DNA of 64,000 nt from Perkinsela sp. CCAP 1560/9 (lineage: Eukaryota; Protista; Euglenozoa: Kinetoplastea). The notes under the pieces are model-generated. The model ran no database searches. It was given only the letters and a program-made list of their open reading frames with translations, and was not told where the DNA came from. The translations under genes were made by a program, and so were the position numbers. The DNA is taken from NCBI GenBank assembly GCA_965644495.1, contig CBFFSA010000001.1:3968001-4032000 (forward strand). Direction: 5' to 3'. Below, piece after piece: positions 1 through 11,144 of the stretch; position 1 is the first letter of the stretch, and each line of letters begins with the position of its first letter.

Positions 1-5
1 CGGTT

Positions 6-2585
6 GTGCTCGACGGGGAGAACTACCTGCGTCTTCATCGTGTCCCGTTGTTGCACCAGGCCTCCTCTCGTGATCCTATGGGAGCCTACGGTGACTGGGT
101 GCTCCGCACCGCCCAGGCGGTTCCCCAAGTGCTCTCGGCGGTTCGCTACCTTCGTCGTCACGCCCTTGTCCTTTCCCGGGACCTCCATGGGGAGGACTGG
201 TCCGGGGCGTACGGCAAAGCGGCCGTGGATACCGCATTCCATGCCCCGGCGATTGTTGCCGCTCTCTCCCTGCTCCACGCCCAGGAGGACCGGAGCGCGA
301 TTCCCGCGGTCCCCTCCGATGCCGCGGAGCTCGTCTCTGGGGTATTTGCCGAGGCCGTGCTGGAGCTCGCTAAGAATCAGGGAACCGTACAGCACATTTT
401 GACGTACATGCGCGAACGACACTTTTTTCTTGTCAAACCCACGAGTGGTGGAAAGTTTGCCGTCCCGGTGGAATCGGACGCGCACAAGGAGGCGCAGAAG
501 AAAAAAATAGAGCACGAGAAATCCGTCCCCTCGGGGGATCCGGATGCGGAGAAAAAGAAAAAGCAAGAGGCGGCGGCGACCGAGGACGGGGGGAGTCAGA
601 AAGAAGGTGAAACCACCCCGCTGGAACAGCTCTCGTTTACGGAGGTGCTTCGTCGGCTACGGGTCGCGATGGAGGACCACTTTGGGTATTATGACAACTC
701 AAAGGCGGAGAACCCCGAGGGGTATCGCTGGGAGCAGAAAGGAAGCCAGCAATGGAGCTATGAGCGCCGCGAGGCGATTGCAAAAGCCCGGATGCGGCTA
801 CGCAAGCTGTTTGGCCTTGTCACGGATGACCCGTTGCAAATCTCCACGCTTGCGGGAACCGGGGAGGCGATTTTGGGTATTGCCGGGTGTCTACTCCCTC
901 CCGAGGGAACCCCCGAGTTGCGAGCCATTGACGAGATGCCCGAGGAAATCGACAACGCCCCCTATCCCACACATGGGCACAAATACGTTGCAGGAGGTGA
1001 GGAAGAGGAAAGCTCTTCTTCTTCTTCTTCCTCCTCAGGCGAGCACGAGCACAAAAAAGAATCCGCCCCCTCCTCTCACCCCCATCAACCCTTTGCGGTC
1101 TACAAACAAGAAGGGCAAAAACAAGAAGAGGAAGGCACCGAAACGAACCCAGACCCCGACAGCGACACCCCCATGGATGAGGACGAGGAGATTCGTGCCA
1201 CCATGCGTATGTTATCCGGGGGGATGCATGCTGCCCCTGCCGTGAGTTCCTCAATGGCTGGATCCTCTTCTTCATCCTTTGCCCGTCCACATCCGAAACG
1301 GTCCCATCAAATCTCATCCAGTTCTCGCGCCCATGGCGCCATGGACTATGAGAAACTCTTAAGGGGACATGGGTTGGATGGGGAAGAGGACGATGATGAA
1401 GAAGAAGACCTCTATGGCGGCCATGGGGATCACGACGACATAGAGCACTGGCTACGGATGCAGCAGTCCATGGGGCCTCGACGAGGGAAAGGGGCCATGG
1501 CTTCTTCTTCTGCAGGTTTCGCTTCGGCCCCGGGAAAACGGGATGAGTCGTCTTCGTCGTCTCGTAAACGGGATCGAATGGACAGAGGGGGTGGCATGTT
1601 TGGAGGCATGGCAGGAGGAGGCGGGATGGATTTCCAAACCTTGCTGGGGATGCTAGGCGGCGGGGCTGGAGGGATGATGATGGGGGGAGCAGGAGGTGCT
1701 GGAGGTTTCGCTTCTCATCACCCCCACGCCGGGGGTCATGGGATGGATGCGGAGGAACGCATGATGCGACGGATGGGGGGAGGTGGTGGTCGTCATCCGC
1801 GAAGTATGGCGGGGTTAGGAGGGATGTCGGCGGGGGGACATTCCCATCATGGTATGGAGGGAGAGGATGAGGACGCGATGCTACGACTTGCGCAACAACG
1901 TTCGTTGAATGAACAACAGCAGGAAGGAGCCGCCGCCGCCGAGTCTCCCGCAGCCTCCTCGGATAACAAAAAACGGTTCTCCGACCCGGAACTCGCACGT
2001 CTCGCTGCCCATCCCCCACATAGTATTAAAGAAGAGGATTACCAAATTGATCTCTATGGCACTTTTGTGGTCGAGGCTGCGTATCTACTCGGCACCAAGG
2101 GCGTCGACGTCGGCGGGGGTCAAATCTATGGGGACTACGGGCGTAATGTCATGGAGAGCGCCGCGGAGCGGTTATCCCCTCCTGAACTTGCCGAGCTAAA
2201 ACGAAAAGCACAAGCAGCGGTACGACTGGAATGGTACCAACGCCGTAACGAGGCTCCGAGCGGAGGTATGATGGGAGGTATGATGGGTGGACATCCCTAT
2301 GGAGGTGCCGGGATGGACCCCTATGGCGGGATGAATATCTTAGGCGGCCATGTGCCTCACCCCGCGATGGGACACCATCATGGGGGACGCCACCATGGGA
2401 CTCAGGGGGATGCGGTGATGGAGAACATGACTCCGGAGGATATTGAGAAGATGTTTGAGGTACAGGAACAGCGGGAGGCTCAGCAGAAGCAGGAGGCGGA
2501 GTCGCTGCGTGCCTCGGTGGAGCATTTGAAGTCGTCCGTGGAGGGGGAGGACGAGGGCGAAACTCCGCAACTTAAACAGGAGTAA
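6..2585 (+). CDS. Hypothetical low-complexity protein (5' end outside window) with two UIM-like motifs
   Basis: 859-aa ORF open from the window edge; acidic, Ser-rich and Gly/Met-rich tracts; DEDEEIRATMRMLS and EDEDAMLRLAQQRSLNEQ resemble ubiquitin-interacting motifs. Confidence 0.75.
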   Translation: MLDGENYLRLHRVPLLHQASSRDPMGAYGDWVLRTAQAVPQVLSAVRYLRRHALVLSRDLHGEDWSGAYGKAAVDTAFHAPAIVAALSLLHAQEDRSAIPAVPSDAAELVSGVFAEAVLELAKNQGTVQHILTYMRERHFFLVKPTSGGKFAVPVESDAHKEAQKKKIEHEKSVPSGDPDAEKKKKQEAAATEDGGSQKEGETTPLEQLSFTEVLRRLRVAMEDHFGYYDNSKAENPEGYRWEQKGSQQWSYERREAIAKARMRLRKLFGLVTDDPLQISTLAGTGEAILGIAGCLLPPEGTPELRAIDEMPEEIDNAPYPTHGHKYVAGGEEEESSSSSSSSSGEHEHKKESAPSSHPHQPFAVYKQEGQKQEEEGTETNPDPDSDTPMDEDEEIRATMRMLSGGMHAAPAVSSSMAGSSSSSFARPHPKRSHQISSSSRAHGAMDYEKLLRGHGLDGEEDDDEEEDLYGGHGDHDDIEHWLRMQQSMGPRRGKGAMASSSAGFASAPGKRDESSSSSRKRDRMDRGGGMFGGMAGGGGMDFQTLLGMLGGGAGGMMMGGAGGAGGFASHHPHAGGHGMDAEERMMRRMGGGGGRHPRSMAGLGGMSAGGHSHHGMEGEDEDAMLRLAQQRSLNEQQQEGAAAAESPAASSDNKKRFSDPELARLAAHPPHSIKEEDYQIDLYGTFVVEAAYLLGTKGVDVGGGQIYGDYGRNVMESAAERLSPPELAELKRKAQAAVRLEWYQRRNEAPSGGMMGGMMGGHPYGGAGMDPYGGMNILGGHVPHPAMGHHHGGRHHGTQGDAVMENMTPEDIEKMFEVQEQREAQQKQEAESLRASVEHLKSSVEGEDEGETPQLKQE

Positions 2586-3107
2586 GGAGCTTCAGAATAC
2601 GAAATTCGATTAAACTTTTGTCAGTGAATGTGAAACTAGATTGTTAATGCTGAAATTGGTTTTTGCGAGACCCAGATTGGAGTCAAATAAATTTTCAGAG
2701 ACTGTGGGTTTCGCTTTTGTTTTGCTTGATTTGACGCCGCTATCGTGCCGTGCTGAGATGTATTAAATATGTGGAAACAGCGACGTTCTGCTAAAAATTA
2801 TAATTTTCCTACTTAAAAACTACGCTTGGGTATTTCATCCCTTTTCATGATTATTTTCCTTTGTTTAGATTCGCGAAGATTCGAATGTATTTTTCTCTTT
2901 TCGCTTGAGTCAGAATTTTTACCAATGTATATTTGTGACCATAAAAATGAACTGTATTCCCTGGAATTTTTTTTTAATCATCTAATCCGAATCCATTAGC
3001 TTGTTTCCACTCATTTTTCGATCTTTTTACCTAACCCTCCTTTTTACCTAACCCTCCTTATTTCTTATTCCTTATTCCCCTTTACATCCCCCCTCCCCCT
3101 CTCTTCC

Positions 3108-3725
3108 ATGTCCCCTCCACCCCCCACCCCCACCCCCTCCGTCTCCACCGCCCTCCTCTCCGCGGCCCACACCATCGAGCGCGCCCTGGACGACTCCCTT
3201 GCCGCCGATCTCCCCCCCTCCGACTCCCTCTCCGAGCTTCGCTCCCGTCGCCTGCACGAACTCCAACACATGGCGACCCGCAAAGCCCAGTGGCTCTCCA
3301 AGGGTCACGGGGGCTACGTGTGTGTCAACTCATCGACTGAGTTCTTTAACGCGGCTAAAAATCACGAACGTGTGATCTGCCACTTCTCACGCTCCAGCAC
3401 GGAGCGCTGCGATTTGCTTCGCACTCATTTGGTACAACTCGCCAAGGTCCACTTTGAGAGTTACTTTATTGAGGTGGACGTGGAGCGACTGCCGGGGCTG
3501 GCCAGCCGGCTCCGGGTCTCGATGCTCCCCACGCTGGGGTTGGTGGAAAAGGGGAATCTGTTCCACAGCGTGATTGGGTTTGATGAGATGGGTGGGGGGG
3601 ATGGGTTTCGCACGGAGGCGTTGGGGAGGGTGCTGGGGCGGTATGGGATGATCAATGTGAAGGGGATGTTTTTTAGGGACGGGGAGGGGGGGGAGGAGGA
3701 GGGGGAGGGGGAGGAGGAAGAATAG
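3108..3725 (+). CDS. Phosducin-like / thioredoxin domain-containing protein 9 (PLP3/TXNDC9 family)
   Basis: ELRSRRLHELQ..WLSKGHGGY, RVICHF...ERC, YFIEVDVERLPGL..RLRVSMLPTL, IGFDEMGGGDGF are characteristic of this family; pyrimidine tract upstream. Confidence 0.9.
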   Translation: MSPPPPTPTPSVSTALLSAAHTIERALDDSLAADLPPSDSLSELRSRRLHELQHMATRKAQWLSKGHGGYVCVNSSTEFFNAAKNHERVICHFSRSSTERCDLLRTHLVQLAKVHFESYFIEVDVERLPGLASRLRVSMLPTLGLVEKGNLFHSVIGFDEMGGGDGFRTEALGRVLGRYGMINVKGMFFRDGEGGEEEGEGEEEE

Positions 3726-3897
3726 AAACAAAAAAGGGGGAGGGGGGAAATACTGTACCCCCCCCCTAGTTATCTGTCACCCACCCCCACCCCTAGTTAT
3801 CTGTCGCTTTTTGGTCCTTCGAACAATAAAAAAACAAGGGGGGGGGGTCAGTAAGGTTGGAACGGTAAAGAATAGGATGCTTCATTTTTCTTGGTTA

Positions 3898-4997
3898 CCG
3901 TCAAAGTACTTATTAACGGAATAAAAATCATTGGAATAAAAATTAACGGAATATTAATTACACTGCCGACTACGACGGCTACTGCCGACTACTGCCGACT
4001 ACTCGCTGGGCTGGGTGAGGGTGGTTGCGCGGGAGCGAATGGCGTAGTTGCGGGGTTGTTTGAACAGAAAATCAACGCACCCATGAACAAAAAAGCATAC
4101 CTCCCCAGTAATAGAATCGATTTTGGACCCGAATCAACGGTCCTCTATTACTGGGGGTCAGCCCAAAAATGGCCAAATCTCTGTTACTGGGGGGAGTCTA
4201 TTATTGAGGGGGGTATATAATATTATTGAGTTTTTAATTATTGGCGAAGCTATGCAACTTTCAAATAAAAAATCAATAATTTTTGTAGAAATTTGTACAT
4301 ATCGACAAACGATAGAAGTTGTTGGTAGAGGGGCGGAAAAAATCCAAAATTACAGTAAAAGCCACTATTCTGAGAATTGGGTGTTGAACGTTGACACGGA
4401 AAATGATCTTTAGTGGTCACTATTCTCAGAATTGGGTGTTGAACGTTGACAGAGCCTCTTTTGATGCGTCAATCATGAATTCTCATTTTTACCAATTGAA
4501 CGTTGACAGCCCAATTCTCATTTTTAGTGACTCTCAGAATAGTGACTTTTACTGTAGGTCAAAAGGGTTTTTTTTCTCTCAAAAAGATTCAAGAATTTTT
4601 AGGAGGAAGAAAGCTGCTTTTCACCAAAACGTCATTATACCTAGGAGGTACAATAGGTAAGGTGGTTTGCATCTCTCTGTCAAATGCGTTGTGGAGGGCA
4701 TGTTATTAAGTGGTCATTAAGTGATGGGATGCGGGTGTGATCTCGCATGATTTAGTCGGTTGTCGGTCTGTTCATCAACAAAATTCAAAATATTTCTCTC
4801 CTGAAGAAACAAAACGACTTCACCGCGAAAGGATCAATCGATTAAGACGTGTCCGCAGAAGTTACAAGATAGATCTCTTGACGCTTAAATTTTGTTAGGA
4901 ATTTAGTAAAAATCATAGGAATAATATTTAACGGAATAATTTCCGCCCAAAAAAACATTCCGTTAATTATTATTATTGTTAATAAGTACTTTGACGG
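3898..4997. mobile_element. TA-flanked TIR element (Tc1/mariner-type MITE) carrying nested elements
   Basis: TA|CCGTCAAAGTACTTATTAAC ... GTTAATAAGTACTTTGACGG|TA. Confidence 0.85.
4353..4554. mobile_element. MITE, CAGTAAAAG-TCACTATTCTGAGA family
   Basis: TA|CAGTAAAAGCCACTATTCTGAGA ... TCTCAGAATAGTGACTTTTACTG|TA; relatives at 8028-9636, 8098-8998 and about 38500-38634. Confidence 0.85.
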
Positions 4998-5733
4998 TAG
5001 AAAGGGTTAGTGGATATTCGACTAGAACGTAGTTTCGGTATCATTGAAAGTGCTCTAGGGGTCGAAATGGGACTCGTCGAAACTACCCTGGGCAGTTTGA
5101 ATGAGTACACGTAAGCATATTATACACTGGTGTCCAGCGTTCTTTACCCCCCCCCTACAGGTCTTGTAATGGTCTTGTAATGTAAGGTCTTGTAATGGTT
5201 ACAGGGGAGGAGAAGTAATATCGACGAAAGTCGAATCAACAAAAAGCCGTGTTAAGGCGAAAAGGGTGGTGGGGAACAAAAGTATGTTAAAAAATAGAAT
5301 GGTTCCTTGTTTTTCGTAAAACAGGTGCATACTCGCTCTTTTCCCTTGAAGCCAAGGTCATTTGATCATGGAGAGTGCGGGTTCAGGAGTATTACAAGAC
5401 GCTCTGACACTGCCATCTCACTGATAGAGGGAACTTAAGTTGTGTCAACAATCCCATAAATCCACCGAGTAACACCGCCAAGTTTGGGACATGTCCCAGC
5501 TCTAAAATTAATTACGAGCCTGTGTGATTGATCTTATGACGTTAGACCCTTTTGTGCGAAGTAATTCACTATGTGCTTCCAACGTAGAGTTTCGACTCAT
5601 TTCGTTCAATAATTCTTCCGCCTTTAGAGATATTTTCGTCCAAATTTGCAATGCAGAGAGAAGCTGAGAAAGGTGTCAGATCGTCCTCGCTTGTCCTATA
5701 GTAATTACTAGCCGATTAGTAGTAAATTAATGA

Positions 5734-6460
5734 TTTCCTTTTTTAGCCTCTTCGTTAAACGAGGTGGTTTTCAACTTAGAAGTCATTCATGCTGCGCGCT
5801 TCGCGTTGAAAACTACCACCGCGTTTAACGAAGAGCCTAAAAAAGAAAAATTGGTAAAGGATCATGAATAATCTATTTTTTGAGGTGAAAAAGCTGGATT
5901 TTTCGGCAAAAATTGCGAAATTTTACACCAAATTTGGGCCGTTTTTGATGCCTTACCAGTAGGGGCAGGAGTCAAATCTGACGAAAAAAAAGTCGTAGAA
6001 TGGTAGCTGAAGTCCCAAACTCTCCAAATAGGGTTTGGAAGTCGATTTCGGAAAAATAATATTTTTACTTTTTTCCGGGTCAAAAAACGTTTTTTTGTCA
6101 TCCCAAAAATTTCGGAATTTTCAACCTTGTCGGACCCCTCCAGCGCGTACCAGGGGGGGGTACCCCCAGGTGGGGGGGTGGAAAGTCATCGCCGCGGCCT
6201 ACTCTACAACTTCCCTGCGCTCGATTTCGAAAATCAAGATTTTGAAAATTCAAAAAACGACGTATGCCCCCCCCCTGGACCCCCCCCTCCATGGATCCCC
6301 CATTTTTTGCAAAAACAAAATTTCAGTTTTGGACCACCGGAGCCCCCTTTTATATTTTTTTCTTCTATTATATTACTGTGTTTCTCTTTATATTTTCACT
6401 GTTTTTATTCACTTTTTTTTAATAATCGAGGGTAGAGAAGAAGTTATACTACCACAGCAA
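5734..6460. mobile_element. Hairpin-ended A^T element, subfamily B, degenerate copy
   Basis: Long terminal palindrome (TTCGTTAAAC..GTTTAACGAAGAG), CCCCTGGA tract and decayed right end (..CACAGCAA); collinear with 62465-63187. Confidence 0.8.
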
Positions 6461-6912
6461 CCTAATTACGGTTAATCTATTTAAGATTAAAGCTGACATT
6501 TTTATTTTCCAAGCAAAATATTTTTATGCGCCCTATGACTGGAATATCAGGAAGCAGAAAGCCGCCTGGGCGAGGAATAGAGCGACTGGCATTCCTCGTG
6601 CAATGTGGAATGCGCCACCATGTTGCTACATAGTATCAGATAATTGCATTACGAGGGGCTTGCAAATATTCTAGCTTGGATTTGGCTACGGGGAACGCAA
6701 CGATGATGCGGATACCACTAGAAGAAAACAACAACGCACTTTCGAATCTAGCGGGTATAAGATGCAAATTCGTTGTGGGCAACGCATAACCGATTTTCCC
6801 TATTTACGGAATTTCTTAATTACGGTTAACCGATTTAAGGTTAAAATCGACGAAATTTTAACCGTTAACCGTAATTAAGATATTCCGTAATTAAGTAACG
6901 CCCGGTAATTTA

Positions 6913-9677
6913 CTAAACCACCGTCCGGGTTATTATACCTAGAGACACCTATTGTACCTCCTAGGTATAATAAGCGTCCCCAGGGTCCTTATTATACCTC
7001 CCCCCCTACCGCATCAGAGGCAGGTGCAGAACTTACAGGACCGTAAATTTTGATCTGGGAGGGGTCTAAAATTTGTAAAACTTGGCCCATTTTGGAAAGT
7101 TATAGCGCATTCGAGAGCTCTGGAACTGGGCTCATGAACGTGCAGGCACGGAATCCTCGTTATTTGGATTTTCGAATGCACATGGAACACTTTGTTTTTT
7201 GGTAGACAAAATGTTTCATTTTTCACAATTTTTCTGATTTCCCCCCCTGTTTTATGCCACAAAGACGGGATTACGGACGATCGCCCTAATATAAAGTATT
7301 GTTCACAAAAATGGCCGACACAAAAAGTATTGTATTTATTAGTATCGACCATTTTTTTGAGTTTTGACCAGAATTTTAGTTGTTGTTTTTTCGAATTTTC
7401 AGGAAATTAGCATAATAAGTTCTGATATACGCGGCCACTTGATCATCTCGAGGGAAGCTGAGTGATTTCTCTCCTATTTTTATGCTTCACTATACGTTTA
7501 CACAGATCCGATATGATAATGTTCAACTTTTTGGAGGCCAGTGGCAACTCGTGGAAATCGACGAAAAGTATTGTATTTATTAGTATCGCCCAAAAATTCG
7601 TGGCCGATACTAATAAATTACAATACTTTTTGGCGGGGGTGTAATTCTTCACCTGGACACGTAAGTTGTTGTAGACTACGAAGCAACACAATCTTTCCCC
7701 CTCACTGCGCGTAAATTTCAATGTTGCGTTTGATGAGGGAAACTTACCAAGAAGTCAGATTGACATTGTCAAGAGTTTTGACCAGTTGGGGTATAGCAAC
7801 CACGAAAATACATGTACTCGTGACATTTCATATTCTTTTACCCTGAAACCCAAGAAATCAACCCCACCCCACGCACACGTTCCCCCCGACGTCCACAGGT
7901 GCCCCCGGGAAACTTGCAAACGGATCATAACATGTTGTGGGCAATATGAAAAAGAACGCGCCGCGAAGTGGCGCGAATTTTTTTTACCCTTTTTGCAAAG
8001 CAAAGTTATTACACCTAGGGACACTTACAGTGAAAGTCACTATTCTGAGAATCGTGTGTTGAACGTTGACACGAAAAATGATCTTTATTGGTCACTACAG
8101 TAAACGTCACTATTCTGAGAGTCGCTAAAAATGAGAATTGGGCTGTCAACGTACAACTGGCTAAAATGAGAATGCACCTTGAAAAATGAGAATGGAGCTT
8201 CGGTCATGTGTCAACGTTCAATTCAATTTTACACTCAAAAATGAGAATTGAAAAAAAAGCGCTTTCGTTTTCTCAATGATTAACTCACTGCTTCATCTTC
8301 ACTCACTGGAGAGTTTGGACCCAAATGGCCAAATCTCCGTTACTGGGGGGTATGCTTTTTTGGTGGGAAAAAACCTTTTTTACTCATGAGTTCGTTGATT
8401 TTCTGCCCTGACAACCCCTCAACTACGCCATTCGCTCCCGCGCAACCACCCTCACCCAGCCCAGCGACCCCCACCCGCCCAAACACCCCCCCCCCTCCAA
8501 CCACCCTCCCGAACCAAATCTCTGTTACTGAGGGTCAGCCGAAAAATCGTCCAATCTCTGTTGCGGGGGGGGTCTATTACTGGCACACAAATGTCTTAGT
8601 GAGACCAAAAAAAGAGAAGACAACATTGATTTAAGTGACTACGAGTAATGAAACTTTGTTTTTCTGAAAACAAAACGCTATTACACAAAAGGAAAACTGG
8701 CGCTGTTTGACTGCGCGGTGTTCTACTGATAGAGCGGCGACTCCGTAAACCGAGGAGATAGTTGGAGATCACTGGGGGTCATTTTTGTGCACCCAAAGCG
8801 GCCAGTTGCTCCGCTGCTAACGTGTTTCTTGCGAAACGTTTTCTTTTTTAAAAATGAGAATTGGGATTTGACCTCATAAAAAAGTGCCTGTCAACGTTCA
8901 ACAGACCAATTCTGAGAATAGTGACGAAAAACGACAAGAAAGCCGTTTTTTCTGTGTCAACGTACAACTGAGAATTCTGAGAATAGTGACGTTTACTGTA
9001 TTCTCAGAATTGGGTGTTGAACGTTGGCAGAGCCTCTTTTGATGGGTCAATCATGAATTCTCATTTTTGAAAAAGAAAAGTACAAATTTATTTTCGAGAG
9101 GATTAGATTTTCGAGAGGATTTGCAAGGCACACTAGATCTGAAGGCACATGGATTTGACAAAAAAAAATGGTTCTAATATGGATCCTGATATCTCTCCTC
9201 AAGAACATGAAGTAGTAAATGTCGACAACAAAAATATTGAATCCTATGATGCCGTGGGAGAATTCTCCCTTGACACCGACACCGAAGAAGAAGAAGGCGG
9301 ACCAAGTGAAGAAGAGATTACTGTAATAGAGCGAATGCGAATTATTTAAAGGGCGACACAAAAAGTATGCCCGTTGCCGACACGTCTGTACCAACAAGGT
9401 ATAGAAACTGTATCTTAAAGGGCAACATAGAATAAGAGGAAGAAGAAGACTTACAACATTGTATATCAATTCAAAAAAAATGGCATTCTCATTTTTTGGG
9501 TTACATTCGAGTTGAATGTTGACATCAGAAGTTAAAGCCCCATTCTCATTTTACCATTGCATTCTCATTTTTACCAATTGAACGTTGACAGCCCAATTCT
9601 CATTTTTAGTGACTCTCAGAATAGTGACTTTTACTGTATTATACCTCCTAGGTATAATAAACCGGACGGTGGTTTAG
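6913..9677. mobile_element. Non-autonomous TIR element hosting nested MITEs
   Basis: TTA|CTAAACCACCGTCCGG ... CCGGACGGTGGTTTAG|TTA; a related copy without the nested MITEs lies at 25506-26352. Confidence 0.8.
8028..9636. mobile_element. CAGT-TCACTATTCTGAGA family element containing an inverted nested relative (8098-8998)
   Basis: Both have TA duplications; removing the inner one restores GGTCACTATTCTCAGAATTGGG as seen near 4415. Confidence 0.85.
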
Positions 9678-9765
9678 TTAGGGTATCACTATAATGCAGT
9701 AATTTGACTGTCATTTAGAGGAAATCGACACATCTCGTTTCTCTTTTTCTGTGTATACTATCACA

Positions 9766-10599
9766 ATGATATTTTTCTTAGATGCTGCGGATAGTGTACC
9801 TAAAGCGGCTCGGGTGCGTGGAGCATCCCTCCCGCAAGAATATGAGCTCTGTCGTGTCTTGCATAACATTTCAAATCAGCATCGCTCATGGACTACAGAG
9901 ACTCCCGCATGTAACTGGAAAGGTGTAACATGCGAGTCTGCAAAGATGCAAGTCATTAAAATCAGGTGGGAGAATATGGGGCTTGAGGGAACACTATCGT
10001 GGAGGTATATTCCAATGAGTGTACAAGTCTTGACTCTGGGTTGTTTCTTTAATTTAACACCGAATGTAATCACAGGCTCGCTCCCTGTTTTTGAGTTGCC
10101 CTCACGGCTAACAAAATTCGTGGTGGACGGCAACAAGATGACGGGGAATATTGACTTGGAACATCTTCCTGCAGAGTTGATTTCTTTTGAAATAGCGGAA
10201 AATCGCTTTGATGGAACTGTATCTCTATCATCTCTACCTCGTCATCTGGTTTTGTTAGATCTTCAACATAATCTGTTCTCTGGGGAACTTGATCTAACAA
10301 GATTATCTCCAAACTTGGAAACACTGAATTTGGCTGATAATATGTTTAGTGGTAACTTGGCTCTTAAGAATCTGTCAAAATCACTCGTACGACTTGAGCT
10401 AGACAATAACAAACTAAGTGGAGAATTGGAGTTGCATTTTCTTCCACCTCAAATGAGGTGCCTTGTACTTAAGAATAATGCGTTTGAGGGACACCTTGAC
10501 CTCCGAAATCTGTCAGAACATTTTACTATACTGGATCTTCGGGGTAATAACATCACCTCCGTTGTGCCAACTCCTTTTCCACATTTTTTTAGAAAGTGA
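9766..10599 (+). CDS. Leucine-rich repeat protein (plant-type LRR with LRRNT cap), family member 1
   Basis: RVRGASLPQEYEL leader, W....ACNWKGVTC cap, 24-aa LxxLPxxLxxLxLxxNxFxG repeats; first ATG at 9766. Confidence 0.9.
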   Translation: MIFFLDAADSVPKAARVRGASLPQEYELCRVLHNISNQHRSWTTETPACNWKGVTCESAKMQVIKIRWENMGLEGTLSWRYIPMSVQVLTLGCFFNLTPNVITGSLPVFELPSRLTKFVVDGNKMTGNIDLEHLPAELISFEIAENRFDGTVSLSSLPRHLVLLDLQHNLFSGELDLTRLSPNLETLNLADNMFSGNLALKNLSKSLVRLELDNNKLSGELELHFLPPQMRCLVLKNNAFEGHLDLRNLSEHFTILDLRGNNITSVVPTPFPHFFRK

Positions 10600-10622
10600 T
10601 TTATAACCCCCCCTCGCTTATA

Positions 10623-10988
10623 CAGTGGTTTCAATTGAACCCCCCCGCGGAATTTTGAGTTTTTTGTCCGTTTTTGCTCATTTTTGTTACAAACGAGAGA
10701 TCTCGTTCCCCTAGTGAAGCGCTTTGGCACCTTTTTTCACAGGAATCCCCTAGTGCTCATATGATGACCCGAAAAACAGCCAAAACAAAATTTTTGATAA
10801 ATACGAACCTTGGAAGGAAGTCTAAAATCATGTGTTTTGGACCCAGTGGGTACCGGGGGGTCCCTACAAAAAAAGGGCAGCAAAGCGCTTCACCAGAGAA
10901 ACGAGATCTATCCAATGCTGCGAAAATGAGAAAAAACAGATAAAAAAACTTAAATTTCCGCGGGGGGGAAGATATCTTGAAACCACTA
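10623..10988. mobile_element. TA-flanked MITE (CAGTGGTTTCAA TIR)
   Basis: TIRs with TA flanks; inverted full copy at 63312-63678 and a fragment near 42330-42400. Confidence 0.85.
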
Positions 10989-11144
10989 TACACTGTATAC
11001 ACTTACGGTTATACAAGGTTGTATGTACACATACACTTATACACATACATATTGTATGTATATTGTATAAATATCTTTATACACATATTTGCTACTTTCG
11101 CTTATAAACACTTTATAATATATACATGTATATACTTACACTTA

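Noticed and set aside
5330-5700. Degenerate hAT transposase fragment on the minus strand (GGVTRW)
   Set aside because: Only one short motif amid stops; too weak to call.
9149-9349. Small acidic ORF
   Set aside because: Lies inside a non-autonomous TIR element and is probably a transposase-gene remnant; no diagnostic motif.
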